From Vulcanimicrobiota bacterium (GTDB lineage Bacteria > Vulcanimicrobiota > Vulcanimicrobiia > Vulcanimicrobiales > Vulcanimicrobiaceae), in the NCBI GenBank assembly GCA_963757945.1, contig CAVWTN010000002.1, forward strand, positions 1,606,974 through 1,670,973: a stretch of 64,000 nt of DNA. Direction: 5' to 3'. The notes under the pieces were generated by a model, which saw only the letters and a list, made by a program, of their open reading frames with translations, had not been told where the DNA came from and ran no database searches. This document shows, in pieces, positions 9,231 to 17,128 of this stretch (positions are counted from its first letter, which is position 1; each line of letters starts with the position of its first letter). The position numbers and the translations under genes were made by a program.

Positions 9231-10142
9231 TTAGCGGGTAGCCTGCGGCCGCCTGTGTGCTTGGCAGATCAAGCACGCGCACGTCATACGGGTGAAATGA
9301 CGAACCCCAACGGCGACTCCACGAGCGCTGTCCGCGCGCTGGAAAATCGTCCGAAAGAGTGCCGTCTCGTCGTTCTCAACGTAACGACGGAGCGCGTAGC
9401 TGCAGAGATCGGCGAGCTGAACCATCCGCGTGAGCTTACTATCGACAAAAAGGGGTGTTTCGATGATTCGAAAGATGTTGGTCCAAAGAGTCCCGTGTTG
9501 GTGAAAGTTGCGCATCATTTCGGTGTGTTTCGTAGCGACGGTTTGATTATTGTCGTGGACCAGGATTCCGAAAATCCGGTGCTCGACGTCTGGGCTCAAA
9601 TTCGCAAGGTACAGCTCGAAGCGCGAGACTACTTGCTCAAAAGCTTGCTCACCGATATCGCGCTGCATTATTGTCGGATCGAAGTGTTTCTTGTCGATGC
9701 ACTCCGCAAAAAGTCGTGCAAAGGCCCAACTCGCCACGCGTTGAGCGATCTCGTCGATAAGGCGTTTGCGCTCAGCAAGTGTAAGATGTACGTACGCTCG
9801 TGTGTGCGCATAGTTCTTCTTTTGCTGGCGATACGTTTTATTTTGCTGGGCGCGCTGAAGTTTCAGTAGGTGAGTTACGCGCTCCCGTTCAACCGCTGAT
9901 CTCCGTGTCGCAGAGTCCATTGTTTCGAAGCCGGGAATCCGCGTTTGCTCAGGATAGTCGCGCAATATCCACGCTGTATGAAGCTCTTCCTTCTCAAGGC
10001 GGTAGTGCGCTAGAACGTCCGTAATCTCACGATCCGCATCACGCCAGCTGGAGATCGGGATTGAAAGCCCCGCGAGCACAAAGTGCGAGGTATTTCCCGG
10101 GACGTCGGCCGTTCCCGATTCGTCTATATAACAGATGTACAT
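9231..10142 (-). CDS. DUF3800-family protein.
   Basis: It starts MYICYIDESGTADVPGNTSHFVLAGLSI, the hallmark YIDESG N-terminus of DUF3800. It sits in an island of about 50% GC. Confidence 0.6.
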   Translation of the reverse strand: MYICYIDESGTADVPGNTSHFVLAGLSIPISSWRDADREITDVLAHYRLEKEELHTAWILRDYPEQTRIPGFETMDSATRRSAVERERVTHLLKLQRAQQNKTYRQQKKNYAHTRAYVHLTLAERKRLIDEIAQRVASWAFARLFAECIDKKHFDPTIMQRDIGEQAFEQVVSRFELYLANLSPDVEHRIFGILVHDNNQTVATKHTEMMRNFHQHGTLWTNIFRIIETPLFVDSKLTRMVQLADLCSYALRRYVENDETALFRTIFQRADSARGVAVGVRHFTRMTCACLICQAHRRPQATR

Positions 10143-10164
10143 AGAACAGAACGCGTCAATACAA

Positions 10165-10215
10165 AAGAAAAAGCGACTGGGCTTTAGGGCTAAAAGCCCT
10201 AAGATGAGACGCTCG
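10165..10215 (-). terminator. Candidate intrinsic terminator (hairpin plus T-tract on the minus strand), downstream of the 12502<-10517 operon.
   Basis: The plus strand reads gggctttAGGGCTAaaagccc. The minus strand reads GGGCTTTtagcccTAAAGCCC followed by agtcgCTTTTTCTTTTG. Confidence 0.3.
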
Positions 10216-10516
10216 GCGACTCAACCCAGACGCACGGTAAAACGTAGCATGGGGGAAAAGCGGTGTCAACAGAGACCAACCTGGGAGAGACGAGCCTGAA
10301 GCAGCTAGGCGATTTATGTGGATACATGCCCGCCTCTGTGCCCCGCTCGGGTGAAATGACGCCGCCGATGTGCCGCGCCGACCCAGCCGGGCCATTTCGG
10401 CTTGCTAGCCGCGCGCCTCGCCACGGCGATCACTAGATCTGGCGGCGGTGGAAACGGTTGGCCACGCTTGGGAAGCCCATGCCGACCGAAGGTCCACCTA
10501 CGGCCTCGGGAAGCTA

Positions 10517-11089
10517 TCAGACGCGAGTCCGTCGTTCCCCTGGGAGCTCTTCTCGGACATGCCGTTCTTGCGCCGGTGTTTCGATTGTTTTGGGGCGCGC
10601 CTCGCGGACGGCGGTGATGGCTGCATCCGGGTTCATTCCAAGCTCCACCAGCAGCCGGGCCGCGATCATGCCGGTTCGGCCGAGGCCCGCTCGGCAGTGA
10701 ATCACGACGAGACGGCCGGCGCGTAGGCATTCGCGCGCTTCGCGGCCGACGGTTCGCCACGCTTGTTCGAATGCCGGGCCGGGCACGCCGGCATCTGGGA
10801 TCGGGAGGTGCCGCCACGGAAGGCCGCTAGTCGCAAGCACACTTGCGAAATCAGGAACGCCGAGAGCCTTGAATTCGTGCGATTCGTTGAGCGTGATCAG
10901 CAGGCACGGATCCACGCGGCGTATCACCTCGAGGTCGGCGTCGAGGTCGCGCCGCCAGCGAATGCCGTTGAAGGATAGATCGTCGGAACGCCCCGGGCAC
11001 AGCGTCATGCCGATTCGCCCGCCCGTTCCCGGCACGTCGACCATGTCGACCCTCAGCGGATGCGTAGCGCTCGTCCTAAACTCGCTCAC
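10517..11089 (-). CDS. Dual-specificity (Cys-based) protein phosphatase family protein.
   Basis: The CX5R P-loop is VVIHCRAGLGRTGMIAARLL. The size (about 190 aa) fits the DSP fold. Confidence 0.75.
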   Translation of the reverse strand: MSEFRTSATHPLRVDMVDVPGTGGRIGMTLCPGRSDDLSFNGIRWRRDLDADLEVIRRVDPCLLITLNESHEFKALGVPDFASVLATSGLPWRHLPIPDAGVPGPAFEQAWRTVGREARECLRAGRLVVIHCRAGLGRTGMIAARLLVELGMNPDAAITAVREARPKTIETPAQERHVREELPGERRTRV

Positions 11090-12041
11090 TCAAGCCCCCG
11101 CACCGTGCGCTTGCAAGCACTTCCTTGAGAACGCCGTCAAGCAGCGTCCGTGCGCTGAGCCCGTCGATCCACGCCGCGGGGAAGGCCCCCAGTCCCGAGC
11201 GAGCGCCGACGATCGCGCCGGTGATCGATGCGATCGTGTCGGTATCGCCGCCGGAGGCCGCCGCGACGCCGATCGCCGCCACCGGATCGCCGGCGAAGCA
11301 CGTCGCGATGGCATCCGCGGCGGCAACCGTTTCCCACGCGCTCATCGCCACGTTGCGCAGCCGGCTCGGCAAACGCAGCCCGGACGGCGCGAGATCGCGG
11401 TGCAAGTCGTGCCACGCTTTGACGAACGTCGCATCGACGATACCGGCGGGGACATCCAGCGACGCTTCCACGCCGTGCAGCGCGTCATGCACGATCGCCG
11501 CTTGGGCCGCGGCTGCGGCGATCGCGGCCGGATGCCCATGCGTCACGCGCGCTTGCACCGCCGCAACCTCGAGCACTGTATCGCGATCCGCGAGAAACCC
11601 GACCGGGTGGACGCGCATCGCCGTTCCGTTGCCGCCATCCTCGGGGTGACCGCACGTTGCGGGATCCGCCCCTCGCCCCAGACGCGCGAGCGAGCGCGTT
11701 GTGGCGCCGCCGGGCCCGCCGGTCCAAAACATCTCGCCGAACCGCCCGGTATGGCGATCGAGATCTTCCAGGAAGCGCTTGGCAAATAACCCGGCCGTCA
11801 ACGGCTCGCTGCTTGCAACCGCCGTTGCGACGGAAAGGGCCATCGCCGTATCGTCGGTCGGCCGGCCTGGTTCACGCGGGGACAAGAGCGAACCGGGCAT
11901 CGCTCGCAAGTATTCCCGTACGATGGGCTCACCGAGACGGCGCTCGATCGCGTCGCTATTGATCAATTCGAACGCCGACCCGAGAGCGTCGCCGATCGCG
12001 GCGCCGTACAGGCAGCCCGCGATGCGGTCGGCGCGCGTCAT
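11076..12041 (-). CDS. ADP-ribosylglycohydrolase (ARH/DraG family). The listed ORF extends to 12080.
   Basis: RIAGCLYGAAIGDALGSAFE, PTDDTAMAL, GGNGTAMRVHPVG and ASGGDTDTIASITGAIVGA are all ARH family signatures. The start at 12041 gives an ATGA overlap with the upstream gene. Confidence 0.9.
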   Translation of the reverse strand: MTRADRIAGCLYGAAIGDALGSAFELINSDAIERRLGEPIVREYLRAMPGSLLSPREPGRPTDDTAMALSVATAVASSEPLTAGLFAKRFLEDLDRHTGRFGEMFWTGGPGGATTRSLARLGRGADPATCGHPEDGGNGTAMRVHPVGFLADRDTVLEVAAVQARVTHGHPAAIAAAAAQAAIVHDALHGVEASLDVPAGIVDATFVKAWHDLHRDLAPSGLRLPSRLRNVAMSAWETVAAADAIATCFAGDPVAAIGVAAASGGDTDTIASITGAIVGARSGLGAFPAAWIDGLSARTLLDGVLKEVLASARCGGLSERV

Positions 12042-12502
12042 GCGGCTTCCGATGTTGAGAGCTTGCTCTCGAGCGCGCACAGCGTCTCGTCGCCGGAGAC
12101 GATGCGGAAGATCTTCGGATACTGTTCCTCGGCCGTCCAGTAGAAGAAGCCAAGAAGATTTCCGAGGACCGACGCGTCGAGATGCTCCGCCCGATAGTCG
12201 ATCTCAAGGACCAGGCCGTCCGGCCTGACCGCGAACTTCGCGACCATCATCGCCGTGTTCGCGCGCATCGTCGCTTCGAAGAGCTGCGCCCGCAGGCCGG
12301 CTTCCTCGGGGACGTTGCAGACGACGGTGGAGATGTGCAGCCAGTCCGCGGTCAACGCCGCGACGATGAACCATTGCCGCGTACGGCCGTGGTAGGAGAG
12401 GCCGCGGCGCACGGGATCGAGGCGAAACGATGCGAGGCCGGCTTCCTTCATCAGGGTCTTGAGCCGCGCCGAGGCTTCGGGTTGTGGATTCTTGTCTTCC
12501 AT
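12038..12502 (-). CDS. YbjN-like (putative sensory transduction regulator / T3SS-chaperone-like fold) protein.
   Basis: A 154-aa acidic protein. FRLDPVRRGLSYHGRTRQWFIVAAL...LVLEIDYRAEHLDASVLGNLLGFFYW resembles the YbjN family. It is the first gene of a three-gene minus-strand operon. Confidence 0.5.
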   Translation of the reverse strand: MEDKNPQPEASARLKTLMKEAGLASFRLDPVRRGLSYHGRTRQWFIVAALTADWLHISTVVCNVPEEAGLRAQLFEATMRANTAMMVAKFAVRPDGLVLEIDYRAEHLDASVLGNLLGFFYWTAEEQYPKIFRIVSGDETLCALESKLSTSEAA

Positions 12503-12566
12503 ACCGATAGTGTAGGTGAATGTGCACCAAGGCGTCAGTCGGTCAGTTGCCGGCCCGGGTCAGAAT

Positions 12567-13565
12567 ATGACCCACCCCCCTCGCGCCGCGCACGGGGGAA
12601 AAGTCGAGCGCTTCGTCTCGGTCATTCGCATCCTCGAGCAGGATCGCAAGATCACGAAGAAGCGCATCTACGAGTTGTTTGGCGTCAAGTCCGAGAGTTC
12701 GTTCAAGCGCATCAAAGCGCAGCTTGCGTACGCCGGGCTGCCGATCAGCTACGATCCGGACGACAAACACTTTCACGTTCCGCCGGGCGCTTCGATCGCG
12801 CGCTATGGCATCGATCCGCGCACGCGCGTGCAGCTCGCGCAAGTTCGCGCCGCGATCTCGGCGCTCGGCGGCCCGATCTCCGAAGCGCTCGACGACGTGC
12901 TGGAAGCCCTCGACGCGCGCATCGCGATCGGCGATTGGGACGGGACGGCCGTCGTCTCCTCGCGCCATCCGCAGCCGCGCGGCGGGCCGGCCTTTTTCGA
13001 AACGCTCGACCGCGCGCTTTCGGCGCTACGCGAGCATCGCTGGCTTTCGTTCACGTATAGCCGCAGCGACGGTTCCCACGCCGATCGCCGCACCGTCGCG
13101 CCGTACGCCGTGCACACGCACAACGGGCGCTATTATCTCTGGGGCTTGACGGAAGGCGAGCTGGAGCCGAAGCTCTACGTGCTCGATAGCGTGAGCGATG
13201 CGACGATCGAGGACGACACGTTCGTTCCCGATCCGGGGCTCAGTCTCGACGATGCCTTGCGCTACAGCTTCGGCACGATGATCGGCGACGGCAGCCCGCA
13301 GCGCGTCGTCGTGCGGATCGAGCCGGCGGCGGCCGCCTTCGTGCGCTGCCGCCAATGGCCGGCGGAAGTCGAAACCGCCGACGAGCCCGACGGCTCCGTG
13401 CGCCTGACGTTCGAACTCACGCGCTTCGCGGAGATCGTCGGCTGGGTCCTGAGCTTCTGCGGCGCCGCCACGATCGTCAGCCCGCCGGAGGCGCGAGCCG
13501 AGCTGCACGCGGCCGCCGTGCGCGCTGCTGAGGCGTCGGCGGACGCGATCGAGGCCCTCGGCTAG
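12567..13565 (+). CDS. WYL-domain transcriptional regulator (HTH plus WYL plus C-terminal WCX-like domain). The start is chosen at ATG 12567; the listed ORF begins at 12516.
   Basis: N-terminal wHTH is VERFVSVIRILEQDRKITKKRIYELFGVKSESSFKRIKAQL. The WYL core is HADRRTVAPYAVHTHNGRYYLWGL. It is divergent from the ARH operon, with an intergenic gap of only about 65 bp. Confidence 0.8.
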   Translation: MTHPPRAAHGGKVERFVSVIRILEQDRKITKKRIYELFGVKSESSFKRIKAQLAYAGLPISYDPDDKHFHVPPGASIARYGIDPRTRVQLAQVRAAISALGGPISEALDDVLEALDARIAIGDWDGTAVVSSRHPQPRGGPAFFETLDRALSALREHRWLSFTYSRSDGSHADRRTVAPYAVHTHNGRYYLWGLTEGELEPKLYVLDSVSDATIEDDTFVPDPGLSLDDALRYSFGTMIGDGSPQRVVVRIEPAAAAFVRCRQWPAEVETADEPDGSVRLTFELTRFAEIVGWVLSFCGAATIVSPPEARAELHAAAVRAAEASADAIEALG

Positions 13566-13876
13566 CGCACCCTTCGACGGGCTCAGGGTGACGGCGGGGG
13601 GGTGGCGCGAAGGTTGCGCCCGCCGCACTCGTCACCCCGATCTAGCCGAGCTGTGATCTCGCCGCATTCGTCACCCTGATATCTTGGCGCCGCCGGGTGT
13701 TCCCGGTGATCCGGGTCGAAGACCCGGGCCTCCGCGTCGGTGACCGCGATGCGGCGGCGGAGGCTGGCGAGTTGTTCGGGCGTGACGTGCGAGGGCGTGG
13801 GCTGGACGCGCTTCAACGCGACGCTCGTGAGGTCTGCCTCGACCGGCACGCAGCGAAGCCCGGCGATGTCATCTCG

Positions 13877-13945
13877 CCGGCTGAGTATCCAGACGTTGCC
13901 GTCGACGTCGCGCTCGTTCTCGGGAACCTTTGGCGAACGCATTGA
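13877..13945 (+). pseudogene. Short 3' remnant of a Uma2-family endonuclease paralog.
   Basis: ...PAEYPDVAVDVALVLGN* versus the C-terminus of the intact gene ...PVEFPDVAVDVALVLGES* at 16066-16125. Nucleotide identity is about 85% over about 50 bp. The upstream sequence has no Uma2 similarity. Confidence 0.3.
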
Positions 13946-13967
13946 CGCTCAGCGCGTCGGCGCATGC

Positions 13968-14312
13968 TCAATCGAGCTGGAGAAGAGTGGCGAGCTTCTT
14001 TCGCACGCGGCGCAGGGTAGCCGGGGAGATCTCCTCGGCGAAATCGGCGAAGCGGGCGCGCCAATCGAGGCTCTTGACCTGATCTGCAAGCACGACGCCG
14101 GCGATCGAGCTGCCCGCAGCGAGCGGAACCTCGAACGGATATCTCTTGCGCTGCGAGGTCACGGGCACGCCGACGGCAAGCGAGGTCTTCGCATTGTAGG
14201 CACGCGGCGACAGTACCAAGAACGGACCGCGCCCAGCCTGTTCGCGCCCGCGCTGAGGATCGAGCGAAAGCCAAACGATATGGCCCGTATCCGGAACGTA
14301 CGGTTCTACCAA
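13968..14312 (-). CDS. mazF: MazF/PemK-family type II toxin (endoribonuclease).
   Basis: PDTGHIVWLSLDPQRGREQAGRGPFLVLSPRAYN...GVVLADQVKSLDWRAR matches the PemK/MazF pattern. It overlaps the upstream antitoxin gene by 7 nt. Confidence 0.8.
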   Translation of the reverse strand: MVEPYVPDTGHIVWLSLDPQRGREQAGRGPFLVLSPRAYNAKTSLAVGVPVTSQRKRYPFEVPLAAGSSIAGVVLADQVKSLDWRARFADFAEEISPATLRRVRKKLATLLQLD

Positions 14313-14643
14313 CGTTCGAAACCGGTGAGATCATCAAAGACCGGCCCGTGGAGATTCTCCGGCGTAATCCCTTCGATCAGGTCGGCGAGCGCCCGAGAAG
14401 GTGCCTTGCGAACGTAGATCATCCCGTGACTGACCGCCATCTCGACGGCCGCTCCATCCTCGAGCTCGATGTGCTTCGCAATCGCGCTCGGAATACGGAT
14501 CGCAAGCGAATTCCCGGCTTTGAAAACGCGGGCGTCTTGAATGACAAGCGCATCGAAATCGTCGCTCGCGATCTTGACGAAGTCGCTGGCCTCCGCGCGG
14601 ACAGCGGCAGGCAACGGATACGTTGTCGCGGGCGGCTTGTTCA
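14306..14643 (-). CDS. AbrB/MazE/SpoVT-type antitoxin. The start at MNKPP is uncertain.
   Basis: VFKAGNSLAIRIPSAIAKHIELEDGAAVEMAVSHGMIYVRKA is a swapped-hairpin AbrB-type motif. It sits immediately upstream of the toxin. Confidence 0.6.
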
Positions 14644-14736
14644 TACAATGTATATACACAAGAGGATGCGGACCGTCAAGCGCCTCCACCATGAAGGTCG
14701 CGCGATGACCCAACGTCACCGGTTGCGGCGGTTCTG

Positions 14737-15342
14737 CTACGCGGTGACGGTCGCGTGCGCGGGGATGCGCAGCTTCACTTCGCCGAAGACGATCTCGGGC
14801 GGATGCGCGAGCAGGCTTCCGAGGTTCTTGTCGGCCCACGCGCGCGCCCGTTCCCGCGCGGTTTTCGCGGACTCCTCATCCGCGAACACGAGCAGCCAGG
14901 AGAGGGCTCCGTGGCCGGCGTCGATCGCGCCGTGCGCGGCGTACCCGGGCAGCTCGGCGATCGTCGGGATGTAGCCTTCGACGATCCGCTTCTTCGCTTC
15001 CTCAACCTCGCCCGGCTTCGTCGCAAGGTGCCACACGAATCCGTGGCCGGAGTGTACGTGCTCCTTGACGTCGCGGAACGCGACCGGACCTTCGCTGATC
15101 TTGGGGTGGCCGAGCTCCGTCGCTGCTTGATTCTCACGGACCCAACCCGCGGCGAGTTCGGCCCCCAGCTCGTCGTCGAAGACGCTTGCGGTGACCACGC
15201 CGTCCGGTCCGGCGTCGATCAGCGTCCACGAGACGAAGCCCCAAGCGTGGCTGATCGGGTGCATGAAGCGCTCGCGCGTATGACGGACGATCGCATCGAT
15301 CTGCCCGGGCTCGGTCTTGTAGTGTCGGACAACTCCAAACAT
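14737..15342 (-). CDS. Hypothetical protein, 201 aa, possibly with two small alpha+beta (ABM/Dabb-like) halves.
   Basis: An uninterrupted ORF with protein-like composition and high GC3. No firm family assignment. Confidence 0.45.
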   Translation of the reverse strand: MFGVVRHYKTEPGQIDAIVRHTRERFMHPISHAWGFVSWTLIDAGPDGVVTASVFDDELGAELAAGWVRENQAATELGHPKISEGPVAFRDVKEHVHSGHGFVWHLATKPGEVEEAKKRIVEGYIPTIAELPGYAAHGAIDAGHGALSWLLVFADEESAKTARERARAWADKNLGSLLAHPPEIVFGEVKLRIPAHATVTA

Positions 15343-15558
15343 CCAAAACCGCCTTTCACGCCGTGCTCACGCGGCGCTTCACGAACTTTTCGCGACCTCG
15401 CGAACCCGCCCCCGTCGGGTGGCGCCGACGCGCAGGCGATCGCCCCTCGCCGCCCTTCGGCAAGTATTTCTCGGCAAGTGGCTAGCATGACGCGATGGGC
15501 GGGTGGAGAGGCATTGACCTGCGATGCAATTCTGCCCCAAGCGAGGTATGATCCGGAC

Positions 15559-16125
15559 ATGTCTACCGCGGCCGAGCGGCTCCACCGGATTACGACGGAC
15601 ATCTACGAGCGCATGGCCGCCGGCGGCTTGTTGCCCGAGGGTGGCATCGAGCTCATCGATGGCCTCGTTGTCGAGATGAGCCCCAAAGGTGACCGGCACG
15701 CCTATGCGGTCACCCGCCTGAACGAGCTACTCGTCGACCAGCGCCGGGGGCGCTACGCCGTGTATGCCGACAGCCTGAGCCTGCGCCTCGGGCCGCGCGA
15801 CGAGCCGGAGCCCGATATCGCCCTGGCTCGGACGACCCGAAGCTATGCGCGCGAACGGCCGCGTCCCGACGAGATCGCGCTGATCGTGGAAGTCGCTGAT
15901 TCGTCCCGCGCGTTCGATCTCGGTGAGAAGCGCGCCAAGTACGCCGCCGCCGGGATTCCGGAATACTGGGTCGTCGACTTGCAACGAAACGCGGTCAACG
16001 TCTTTCGGAGTCCGCGCGGCGACCGCTACGTCGATGCGCGCGTGGCGAAATCCGGTGAGGCAATCGCTCCAGTGGAGTTTCCCGACGTCGCCGTCGACGT
16101 CGCGCTCGTGCTCGGGGAATCGTAG
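15559..16125 (+). CDS. Uma2-family (DUF820, PD-(D/E)XK) endonuclease.
   Basis: MSTAAERLHRITTDIYERMAAGGLLPEGGIELIDGLVVEMSPKGDRH ... PDIALIVEVADSSRAFDLGEKRAKYAAAGIPEYWVVD. The listed ORF 14755..16125 carries a long antisense N-terminal extension, which is rejected. Confidence 0.8.
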   Translation: MSTAAERLHRITTDIYERMAAGGLLPEGGIELIDGLVVEMSPKGDRHAYAVTRLNELLVDQRRGRYAVYADSLSLRLGPRDEPEPDIALARTTRSYARERPRPDEIALIVEVADSSRAFDLGEKRAKYAAAGIPEYWVVDLQRNAVNVFRSPRGDRYVDARVAKSGEAIAPVEFPDVAVDVALVLGES

Positions 16126-16159
16126 CGGCCGTTCGGTCGCATGGTCGCGTAACGCGCGC

Positions 16160-17056
16160 TTACTTCAGCGCTTCGATGGTCCAGCCGCTCACGTTGACGT
16201 ACGGCACGTTCTCGAGCGAGATCGAGCGGGTCTCGACGAGCGAGAGCCGTTCGAGCGCTGCGTGACGCACGCGGCCGTCGACGCTGACCGCGACCGTCAA
16301 TTGCTGGCGCGCGGTGCCGCCGCGGAAAGAGTCGCCGGCCGGCGCGGCATCGCCGCCGCCACTCTGAGGGCCGGCGCCTTCAGGCGGGCCTCCGCCGGGG
16401 AAACCGCCGCCTCCGGGAAAGCCCCCGCCGAAGCCGCCTCTGGTGTGAAAGCCGCCTTGCCGCGATCCGTCGCCGAGCGACGAGCCGCCGGCAGGCTGCT
16501 GCGCTTGAACGAGAACCTGCCCTGCACCGCGCAGGTCGTAATCTGCGCCGGATGCGTTGGTCACGGTCAGCGGGACGATGACTTCCGTTGCCGCGCGGCG
16601 CTCGCCGGGAACCGTCAGCGTTGCGCTCCAGCCGTCATGCGTCGCCGGCTCGTTTGCGAAAAGCTCCGTCAGCCGATTGATTCCTTCGATTGCGTCGCGC
16701 AAGGCGGCGTTTTGGTTCGCGCTTCGATCGTTCTTCGGAATCTCCAAACGGCCGTCGGGCGCCACGTTGAGCACCGTCAGATCGGGCGGGAGTCCGCCGT
16801 AGGAGCCGTCGAGCGCAAGCGTCGACGGCGACTTGCGCCGCAACGTGACATCGGCGACCGAGGTCTGCGGTCCGGCAAGACTCTGCGTCGTGCGCGTGAT
16901 GCGATAGTGCAGCGTCGCGCCGGTCGGCGGGATCACGGACGGCGCGTCGGCGAACGCCGGAGCGGCCCACGCCGCGGCGCAGAGCGCCGCGGCAAATGCC
17001 GCCGGCGCAGGCGAAAACGAAGCCGGCAGAAGCGCCGGCACGTGCTTGTGTCGCAT
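16160..17056 (-). CDS. Secreted hypothetical protein with a Gly-rich (GGF/GGFP) segment.
   Basis: Signal peptide MRHKHVPALLPASFSPAPAAFAAALCAAAWAAPAFA. There is a globular N-terminal region followed by a GGFHTRGGFGGGFPGGGGFPGGGPPEG low-complexity tract. The upstream part of the listed 16160..19381 ORF is antisense to the TIR-STAND gene and is rejected. Confidence 0.5.
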   Translation of the reverse strand: MRHKHVPALLPASFSPAPAAFAAALCAAAWAAPAFADAPSVIPPTGATLHYRITRTTQSLAGPQTSVADVTLRRKSPSTLALDGSYGGLPPDLTVLNVAPDGRLEIPKNDRSANQNAALRDAIEGINRLTELFANEPATHDGWSATLTVPGERRAATEVIVPLTVTNASGADYDLRGAGQVLVQAQQPAGGSSLGDGSRQGGFHTRGGFGGGFPGGGGFPGGGPPEGAGPQSGGGDAAPAGDSFRGGTARQQLTVAVSVDGRVRHAALERLSLVETRSISLENVPYVNVSGWTIEALK

Positions 17057-17128
17057 AGCGGCACTGTAAGCGCTTAGTCTTACAAGCGGCTTGGAAAGGC
17101 CGGCTCCTGCGCCTGGTATGATGGTGCC

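Noticed and set aside
14755-16125. A 456-aa plus ORF that would make a very long Uma2 protein.
   Set aside because: The N-terminal 268 codons are antisense to the minus-strand gene 14737..15342 and R-rich. Uma2 similarity begins at MSTAAERL (15559).
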